Assembly (NCBI GenBank): GCA_024626585.2 | Contig: JANKJI020000004.1 | Location: 94,400,967 to 94,418,496 of the forward strand | Source: Ginkgo biloba | Lineage: Eukaryota > Plantae > Ginkgophyta | DNA: 17,530 bases | Direction of reading: 5' to 3' | Shown: in pieces, positions 8,909-17,530 of the stretch | How the letters are laid out: the number at the start of each line of letters is the position of its first letter | How positions within the stretch are numbered: the stretch's first letter is position 1 | Notes under the pieces: generated by a model | Seen by the model: only the letters and a program-made list of their open reading frames with translations | The model's database searches: none | What the model was told of the DNA's origin: nothing | Position numbers and translations under genes: made by a program

Positions 8909-10522
8909 TTGTCCCCGCTAGTTGTAAAATTTGGCAATCTTTTAGCCAACAAATTGATTAAAGCTTAAACAAAAGTATGAACTTCAAAAATGGACATTCA
9001 TGAATGGATTAAGTAGTGTGGCATAGGTTATATTTGGGCTTGCACTAAAATTTTCCCTGAATTTTATGGTCTAAAATAACTTGGTGGGGCCTAATAAAGC
9101 TCTAAAATAAGTCTTTATAGTTTTTTCTATATTGGGGGCCTATTTTTGCACCTGTACTAAATCATATTCAACCCAAAAAGTGAGTCAATTCATTATGAAG
9201 GTGAGAACTNNNNNNNNNNNNNNNNNNNNNNNCAATAAGTTATTTGACATTTTTATATTCTTTAGTTTGACTGAGTAAGTACCATAAATCATTTAAACGC
9301 TAGCACCTAGTAGTAGTGGTGAATTATCCTAATAGGGATTCACTAAGGGGATTTATTATGCATAGTCTTAGCCATGTATTTGTATTGGATGGATTATATT
9401 TATATTGGGATCATACAATTAATATCCCAGTATGAGCTTTTTTATAACTTCGAGTGATGGGTTACTAATAGTGAAGGTTGGGCTAGTACNNNNNNNNNNN
9501 NNNNNNNNNNNNNNNNNNNGGAAAAAAGTTTTGAGATTGTTGAGCTTGGGCAAAACCTACTTACACTAGACTTATTTATAACTAGATCTCTAGGGTGTTT
9601 GGCCAAAGTTATATAGGAACAACCAATTTAGATTATAGATTAGGGTGGTTGCTTTTTAAAAGATGTATGTTGTCACTATGGGTTGGTTGAGTTTTTTCAT
9701 GAAAAAAGGTTGGTGGCTATATGATTCATGGTCTACTTAAGCACATCTATATTGCGACTGAGTAACATTATGTTGTGAGCCTGAATTTAAATTCCAACAT
9801 GTGCCACTAGACTTTGTGACGATGTGATAAGTAGAATAGGTGTATGTAGTAGGGATAATGAAATAATGTCCTTAGGTTAATGTGGCCTAGTAAAAGTAAA
9901 AAATATATAAGTAGTTCCTCTGAAAGAGGGAAGTTAGGAACCACTTCCTAATGGGTAGGGGATTATGGAAAGAATATAGGAGCCACTACTTTGAAGCGTG
10001 GAAACCAACTCCTATAATGTGGGATCCACCCTATAATTCAAGGAACCATTTCCTGTCATGTGTGAATGGCCCATATNNNNNNNNNNNNNNNAGGATAAGG
10101 AAAGAGGGGAATCTTATCCCAACCACCTCCGCAACTTAAGGAACTATCCTACTTCTTCCAAAAGTCTATATAATGGGTTCACTCCTCTCATTTTTCAAAT
10201 AAGGATTTTTTGTGGCATTGTAGCATTCCTCTTGAATGAAAGACTATGGGTTCACAAATTTGATTTGAAATCTACAAATTGGGTGGGGTTCACCTCTAAA
10301 CTTAGGCTGTCTACATAAGATGGTGGTTTGAATTCTCTGAAGTTCTTAATTTGTTTAGAGATACAACTCTCTAGACTGTTTGTAGTGGATTCTTGCTTGT
10401 ATTGCAATAAAGATAGATTATTTTTTTTTACTAGTAGTGTTTCTATAGAAAATATCGAAATTTGTAGATCTAATTTGTAGGTATATTCAAAATTTAAAAC
10501 ATATTGGCAAAGGATCTTAACA
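8909..10522 (+). mobile_element. LTR sequence ending at 10522 (5' LTR of a chromovirus-type element; may be two adjacent LTR pieces, with starts near 8909 and 9862)
   Basis: Ends ...TTAACA directly before a tRNA-iMet PBS; TATATAA at 10167-10173; AATAAA at 10406-10411. TGTAATGTCCC-like starts occur at ~8909 and ~9862. Confidence 0.65.
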
Positions 10523-10523
10523 T

Positions 10524-10536
10524 TGGTATTAGAGCC
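10524..10536 (+). promoter_or_regulatory. Primer-binding site, tRNA-iMet
   Basis: TGGTATTAGAGCC versus canonical TGGTATCAGAGCC (one C>T), 1 nt after the LTR-terminal CA. Confidence 0.85.
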
Positions 10537-11122
10537 AAGTTTTGCCATTGCAGGTCATTCACAAACTCATAAGTGGAGTTGTTGGGGTTCTTCCAAATTT
10601 AATTTTTGGGAACACACAAGGCTGTCTTGGAGTTTTGGGTTTGCCTGTGTTGTTTTTTAGAATCAGTTGCAAGATGTCTAATTCCAGCATGAACCCAGAG
10701 CAAGAAGGGCCCTCGGATCAGTGGTTGAAGGGAGCTTCCATCCCCTTAACCAAAATATAGAGAATATGAGTAGAGGCAACTCTCTCAAACTATGCAGCAT
10801 ATGATGGCTAATGCCAATAATTGGACTAGCTCAACCCACCATTTTGCCATGGGGCTAGTTTTAATAATCCTTTCGCCAATTCTCTTGGTGGGGGATCCAA
10901 CAAATGCCTTTCCCCCGAACCTAGAAGGATGTCAAGTCCTAATAGACTCCCTTCCCACAAGCCTAGAAGAAACCCCAGAAGGGAGGCTAGAGATTTCAAC
11001 GAAGATCTTGTAAGGAGATTGTGGCGGGCTTAGCAAACCAATGATGAAGATTTCAAACCTAATTATACATTTCAAGATTATTGTGAGATGAGAGGATGGA
11101 GAAGTAGCCATTACATGCAAAT

Positions 11123-11933
11123 TTGGGACGAAATCCAAGGCCTAGGAACGAGAACTGTAACTTCTTAAGCAAGGTAGAGATTCCAAAGTTTGAGGGTTCA
11201 AACAATGCCAATGCTCAAGCATGGATCCACAAACTGGAAGCCTTCTTCAACATGAATCAACTAGCTAAATTGGAGAAAATTGAATATGCTACTCTACACC
11301 TTGACGGATTAGCCTACAATTGGTGGCATCATTACGAACTTGATGTCTAGGATGGTCTCAAGGACAAGGTTTTGAATGGGTATGACTTCTCTCTTTTGTT
11401 CTTAAGTGTCTTTGACAAGAAAACTAATGACGAATGAGTTGGTAAATCTCAAACAAAAGGGGAGTGTGGAGGATTACGTGAATGAATTTCGACGACTCTA
11501 TATCATTGTTAGAGGTATTCCCATCTCTAGGCAGATTCATGTTTTCATTGATGCTTTAAGAGACAATCTCCAAGGATACGTCAAGGCTCTTGAANNNNNN
11601 NNNNNNNNNNNNNNNNNNNNNNNNNNNNNNNNNNNNNNNNNNNNNNNAATCTAATGTTAGCTCGTATAAGAACCATACTTCGCCCTCCAATATGCAAACT
11701 AAAGAGACTACAGGTTTTGGTAGCAAAAAGACATCAAATTGGAATGTTTACAATAGTAAGACAATAGCAAATAAGGGTCTTAAGGATGAACTTAGGAAGC
11801 AAGGAAGGAGTTTTTCATGAAAAGACAAACAAACACCAGGGCATAGATGCCAAGGAAAGGGACAACCACATCTAGTGGAGATTCTTTCCGAGTCTGAAAG
11901 TGAGGAAGAAGAGGTACTTGAACATGGACAGTC
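11123..11933 (+). pseudogene. Chromovirus (Reina-like) Ty3/gypsy gag remnant
   Basis: KVEIPKFEGS...AWIHKLEAFF...ATLHLDGLAYNWW; LVNLKQKGSVEDYVNEF...FIDALRDNLQGYVKALE; DELRKQGRSFS*KDKQTPGHRC (decayed CFxC...PGHxC knuckle); acidic linker. Confidence 0.9.
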
Positions 11934-12192
11934 NNNNNNNNNNNNNNNNNNNNNNNNNNNNNNNNNNNNNNNNNNNNNNNNNNNNNNNNNNNNNNNNNNN
12001 NNNNNNNNNNNNNNNNNNNNNNNNNNNNNNNNNTGAGTTCTTTTGGTGAAGAAGGCTAACTACCTCCTTCCCGTCGTAAGTCTACAAACCCTGGTTGATA
12101 ATTAATGGTCAATTGTTGAAAAATAACCCACCAAACATTATAAATTAAAACATGAATTTATGAATGAATTTACCAAAAAACACTTCATTATG

Positions 12193-12260
12193 CATTTCAA
12201 CATTGTGAAATAATTATTACATTATTCATTTCAACATTGTAAAATAATTATTACATTATT
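12193..12260. repeat. 34-bp tandem duplication (2 copies, 1 mismatch)
   Basis: CATTTCAACATTGT(G/A)AAATAATTATTACATTATT at 12193-12226 and 12227-12260. Confidence 0.95.
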
Positions 12261-14129
12261 CATTTTTAATGTTCTAAATATTCCAAGAAGAAAATCAAGC
12301 ACAACGATAGAGAAGATAATGAAATATGCCTTGAACTATAAAGAAACATTAGGATAAAATATATGCAATAAATGCATATCATGGTCTATAAACATTTGGG
12401 AGGGACCAAGTTAATCTTGTGTAGGAGGTCTATTTAAGAATGTAAAAGAAACCCCATATGAGTTAGTTATCCAATTATTTTAATAGTATGAAAGGAGGTA
12501 AGTGGTCAATACAATTGCTATTCATATTGGTCCTAATTTAAATGATTAAGATGATCACATTATGGGGTGGTTACAACAAAACTAATTATTTAATTCAAAT
12601 GTACCAAAACATATCCATATGGTAGTTGTAGCATGATGTATTCTTAAGGTTGATCTTTAGGTGGATATAAAAGAAAATGTTATATGATCTATGGTATGTA
12701 GGTTTTATTCAAACATTAGTTATTATGGAGTGAAAGTGTATGAGACTTCTAATTAATAATACTACAATAGAAAGAAATATTTCTACCCATTAGAATGCAA
12801 TGATGGATAATATAATTACAAAGGTGGACAGTTTACCCATGTCTTAGTGTGATGAGCGAGAGTTACCTACCTATCTAATCAATCTTCTCATTAGTGTATT
12901 TTGAGAAGTAGATAGATTTTTCATGATGATAGAGGGATCATATAACTAAAATATTTTCTTACCTAATTTTGTATAGTCCTTTATTAGGAAAATCCAATTT
13001 CCTTGTCTAGAAGGAACATATGAAAATGGGACATTGATTTATGGACAATTATGAATTGAAAATAGTGAATACAACATGTAGACTTCATAAAATATGGCAG
13101 TTAGATTGTAGTAAAATTTTATACAAATTTAGAAAGTTTTAAATAGTATGAAGTTTGCATATTCAAAAATTAGATGGAGATATATTCCTAAAATAATCTC
13201 ATTTTTCAAAAAATTGAGTTTGAATGCTAAAGTTATACCCTCCATAATTTGGCTTACAAAAGTTGTAAAATATCCATCCTATAACCAAAAATTAACAACA
13301 AGTGTAAAAATTCTATCAAGTGAGAGTAAGCTACCCATAAGAAAAAATAAGGGTAGATTAAATTTATAACTTATAAGAAAAATAACTACATAGAAGAGCT
13401 ATAATTTAGACCTACAACTACACAGAAGAGCCAATGTTTCTTTAATTAAGCTCCATGTTAGCAAACATTACCATGTCATTGAATTTGAATAAGGAAGTTG
13501 AAAGAAAAACAACTTATTTTATAACTATGAATGGAACTGTGCAAACATGAAAATATATTTCTTCTTTGTAATAGATTCTAAAACTACCATTGAGTAGAAA
13601 TTTTATCCATCCTTTAGAGACAGGGAATGACTGCACCTCCGTCGATATCCATTTCATTTGGATTATCACATTCTCCAAAAATCAAATGGAATGCAAAGCA
13701 CCCCCATGATTCGAATACAGAAAAGATATTAAATTATGAAGATGAGACCTCTCAACAGTATTACTAAATGTGTATGTTATGACTAAGACATTTGTGAGCA
13801 CATCAAGTTTTATGACTAATACTTTCAATCATGTGTGCTCAAAATTTCATATCAACATAGTGTTGTTTAATCCTAATGTAGTTAGGGGTGAAAATACAAT
13901 GTAGTAATGGAATATAATGTCAATGGTATCTATAAAGTGAAAGAAACTCTTAGTAAGGCTCCACCATATAGGGACAAATCTAATTATAGCAATATAAAAG
14001 TGAAGATAACCTTCTCAAGGTAAATGTTTAGTTACATATTTCTTTCTCAAATCCTTGAGTTGTGAGAATGATTTTTATGGGCTTAATGATGAGGATTAAC
14101 CCTCCACATTATAAGAGGATATGATGTTA

Positions 14130-15100
14130 TAGAAATTTGAAGAGTCATGTATTTGTTGGTTTAGGTTCAATGCCATCGACATGCTCCAGAGGATAAGGGG
14201 TAAAAGACTGATGTTTGTTGGATGGATGAAGCAAAAGCGAAAAACGAATTTGTGATAATTAAGTCCATGGCTCTCAAATCAGAGAACCTTCTTCCTCTTT
14301 CAAAAAATACAATGGAGTCAATGGTTGTAGGGAGTTTAACCAATTCCCAACTAATGACTCCCCCTTTCTGTGAATGATAACTCTTTTTGCAAGAAATGTC
14401 ATAGGAAAACCTTGATCAGGCTCAAAAAGGCCACTTTTATAGTAGTAAAAGTATAGGCTTGGAGGCTCTAGAGCAAGATAGTAACTTAAAAATAATTAAT
14501 GATGAGGAAAAATAGAAGGGATTTGCAAAAGCATCAACAAATATCTTTGGGTCCCTTTTAGGCTTAATTTTAGGAAGCTCTTAGTTTAATTAGAAAAAAT
14601 TATTTTAGTCCCAGTATATACTAGGACTGCATTGGGACACTCTTATAATGCCTTTGTAGTCCTCTACTTGAATACTTTGCAAACATTAGAATTTACTATT
14701 TAGTCATCAAAGATAGTTGTGCCTTTTACACATGCAATTCAAGAACAGTGGACATGTTCAAGCACTGAATCCCAATCACTTTGTCTTAGCCCTATTAGGA
14801 ATTCGATCCCAATGTTAAATGGTTTGTGAACATCAAAGAATGTTATAAACCAATTGATGAGATGGCCAAACTGCTTAAAGGATTTATTAGGTAGACCTAC
14901 AAACCACTTAGTGGCTTCCCCAATGAAGGTACTTGGGAAAATGCGCAATTGCACACTATCCCCAATAAAAGCATGACTGTCGAAGGTGAGGACCACGACT
15001 GCCAAGTGTTCTTAAAGGTCCTCTCCTAGTTTCCTACAGACCTTGGGTACTTCTATAGGGATGGACAAAAGAAAAGGCAATGTGGAATCCAAGTTATTAA
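14130..15100 (-). pseudogene. Ty3/gypsy (non-chromovirus) gag remnant
   Basis: PIEVPKVCRKLGEDL*EHL...QLRIFPSTFIGEATKWFVGLPNKSFKQFGHLINWFITFF...LIGLRQ is a Retrotrans_gag core; a decayed Cys/His segment lies near 14270-14320. Confidence 0.8.
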
Positions 15101-15586
15101 ATTTGTTTGAGAAAACATGTAAGCTCCAACTGCGTCCTAGCAATATTTGAACGGAGGATCAATGATGAAGATAAAGAAGATGATCAAGTAGTAGTTGCTC
15201 ATGATGCCATGATGGATTCAGATGTTCAAGCTTTGAGCTTTCTCGAAAATTCAATTCCTAGGTGTTTGAAGCAAGCAAAGATTCTCTTTGAGTCTTCCTT
15301 TCCTCTTTAGTTTAGCCTACTTAAGGCACCGCCTAGAGAATAGGTAGGCAATTAATTTGATGAATTGGTTGATTCTAATCACGTAGAACTGAATTGCAAC
15401 TCTCCTTTTGTGTCTCTCTAGCTTTCTTTATTGCTAATAGGCTCAAATGAAGGGTGAGGAAGGGAGGCTTTTAAGACTTCTAGCCAACGAACATGATAGA
15501 TGTGGCCACCCTTACAAAGGCCGAGGACCTATATTTGAGGTGGAATGGTGTGTTAAGAACCTAGATATTGCTCATATAAAATCCAA

Positions 15587-15894
15587 AACTGCAGTATGGT
15601 GACCAAATGTTAGCCAAAGCTAGGGTCTAGGGTTTAAGGATAGCAAATTGAATGTTTGGCCACCTACCCTGCTTGACCCTAAGCTAAATTTAAGATTTGG
15701 CTAACTTAAATTTGGAAGTTCAGGGTTGGCATTTTCTTGGGTTTTTGGAACTTGTAATTCTTGGGTTTGTTTGTTTATTCGTGCCAAATCTTGATGAAAT
15801 GTACAAAGCTTGTTGATTTTCAAGAAGCGTTGTCTATTTTTGTTTTGATTTTTTGTATGGGCCTTCTTCCTCTATAATCTCATTCATTCTTTGA
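15587..15894 (-). mobile_element. 3' end of a 5' LTR (terminus 15608) plus degenerate PBS (15587-15607) upstream of the gag at 14130-15100
   Basis: Minus strand reads ...GGCTAACA TTTGGTCACCATACTGCAG, i.e. an LTR-terminal CA followed by a TGG-initiated PBS-like sequence. Confidence 0.55.
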
Positions 15895-16019
15895 NNNNNN
15901 NNNNNNNNNNNNNNNNNNNNNNNNNNNNNNNNNNNNNNNNNNNNNNNNNNNNNNNNNNNNNNNNNNNNNNNNNNNNNNNNNNNNNNNNNNNNNNTATAAA
16001 CTATAAGTGACCATATATT

Positions 16020-16445
16020 TATGACCTTAAAGTATTTTAGGCCTTTTAAGCACATTTATGGAAAAAAAAAAAGTTGGCTCAAAAATGCTATGGGCCCTAC
16101 AGAATCCAAGGAAAAGTAGGCAAGGCCGCATATGTCGTTAAGCTTCCAAACAAAAGAAAATCCACAATATCTTCCACATATCATGCCTCAAAACCCAAAT
16201 CGACAATAAGATCATTCTGCAAATAGAACTCCCAATCCTCAACAAAGGAGGACAATTAATTGTAGAACCAAAAGGTATACTTGAAATTCGAACTAAAGAC
16301 TACAAACAAAGTAAATTCGCCAATATAGAATTAAGTGGAAACATCAACCCAAAGGGGACTCTACATGGGAATCATAAGAATTTGATGATACTTACCCAAA
16401 ACTGTGCACATTTAAGGACAAAGCTTTTAAGAAGGGGTGGCAAAT
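16020..16445 (+). pseudogene. Chromovirus integrase C-terminus (GPY/F motif) and chromodomain, ending in PPT (16429-16440)
   Basis: KLAQKCYGPYRIQGKVGKAAYVVKLP (fs) IHNIFHISCLK...ELPILNKGGQLIVEPKGILEIRT (fs) QYRIKWKHQPKGDSTWE...YPKL..FKDKAF; polypurine tract AAGAAGGGGTGG. Confidence 0.9.
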
Positions 16446-16865
16446 TGTGTCCCTAAACACAACTAAATCAAAGAATAATAAATCCTACATTAAAAGGAAT
16501 AAAAATACTAACCTTAAACAGGCTATAAGTAAGCATAAAGGAGGGAACTTATACTCTAAATGAAAGGCTACCTTCTAAGATTTGAAAAGGTGCCTTGAAG
16601 GTTATCTAAAGGCATGGAGATCATCCTCATTCCATCCTCATTCATTCATATCAATTACCTCTCTCATTGGTGACTAAAGACCTATTTGGGGATGCAGGTG
16701 CACCCCATGCAGTTTGCTTGATAGCAGGAGTTACCTACATTCCTCTTTTCATTACTATTTCCCTTCCATACTATTATTATAATCCTTTACCATTCTACTG
16801 CACTATATATATTCTATTCATTGATATCTTATAATTAGTAACGTTTTGTACGAATCCCTTGCACA
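16446..16865 (+). mobile_element. 3' LTR of the chromovirus (420 bp, TG...CA)
   Basis: Begins TGTG 5 nt after the PPT and ends CACA exactly where an unrelated RT frame resumes. Confidence 0.7.
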
Positions 16866-17128
16866 TCCAAACAAATTTCAACTTTCCCACCAATAACATC
16901 TTTGAAAGTATTCAAGATGACACACTAAAAGGTTGCTAGGTCATCCGTTAGTCCAAATGGCATTACCTGGTAAGCGTAAGTCCCCCCTTCAACAACAAAA
17001 GCGGTCTTTAATTGCTCTTCTAAAGCAATACTAACTTGATTGTAAACACTAAAACCATTTGTGAATGAATAGACATCATGGTCAATAACTTTTTCCAAAA
17101 TTGACGTAGTAAAGGCTGGATGGCGGGC
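16866..17128 (-). pseudogene. Ty3/gypsy reverse transcriptase fragment (Athila/Tat-like)
   Basis: FTTSILEKVIDHDVYSFTNGFSVYNQVSIALEEQLKTAFVVEGGTYAYQVMPFGLTDDLATF*CVILNTFKDVIGGKVEICLD. Confidence 0.9.
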
Positions 17129-17530
17129 TGTTAGCACTAGATGGAACCATTACCACCGCTCAGCCCTCACCCTCTGATACAGGATCTTTCTAACTCGACT
17201 GAGCATGGACGCAGTGATCACACTAAGCTGCTAATTCTCAGAATCACAGATAAAACCATTAACTAGCTAGGACATTCACCAATTAAGCAAAGAACTAGCT
17301 AATTCAGTCACAAGCAAGAAATTACACAATGACACAGGGCTTTTTTTTAACTTGAGAAACCCTCATGGGGAATAAAACTCCAGATTTATTCATCCAAAAG
17401 ACAAATTGGGCTACTGCCCTTACATCCACAGCCACTTTGGCATCCACAAGTTTGGCCCACGGCCTACAAGAATTTGCCCAATGGCATTACAGTCAGCCTT
17501 ACGGCTTTACAGTTCACAAATTGGCCTCGA
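17129..17530 (-). mobile_element. Younger LTR (possibly copia-type; 3' or solo LTR), continuing past the window end
   Basis: TGTTAG terminus at 17129 cuts the RT frame; higher GC with several CpGs retained; TTTAACTTGAGAAACCC...GGGGAATAAAACTC resembles copia R/U5 motifs; ~22-bp degenerate repeats at 17402-17530. Confidence 0.55.

Noticed and set aside
17171-17181. CCTCTGATACA, similar to the reverse complement of the tRNA-iMet PBS
   Set aside because: Imperfect match with no adjacent LTR-terminal TG. The TGTTAG at 17129 explains the junction better.

Overview
Eukaryotic, AT-rich draft-assembly DNA with ten N gaps; four are exactly 100 N, so adjacency across them is uncertain. The style of the retroelement proteins suggests a large-genome land plant, probably a gymnosperm or fern (inference). 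Most of the window is nested, degenerate retroelements: three non-chromoviral Ty3/gypsy remnants, two halves of different chromoviruses, a younger LTR at the right edge, and the 5' part of a LINE whose ORF1 does not look like an angiosperm L1. The main non-repeat signal is missed by the ORF track: a minus-strand multi-exon gene fragment at about 1387-4160. Its exons splice in consistent phase into a ~185-aa peptide I cannot assign to a family, with one in-frame TAG, two candidate GC-AG introns and two candidate micro-exons. An AT-rich 2-kb block (12034-14100) may be a highly decayed coding remnant of unknown origin. No intact ORF, RNA gene or CRISPR array is supported, and I cannot claim a new biological system from sequence alone.
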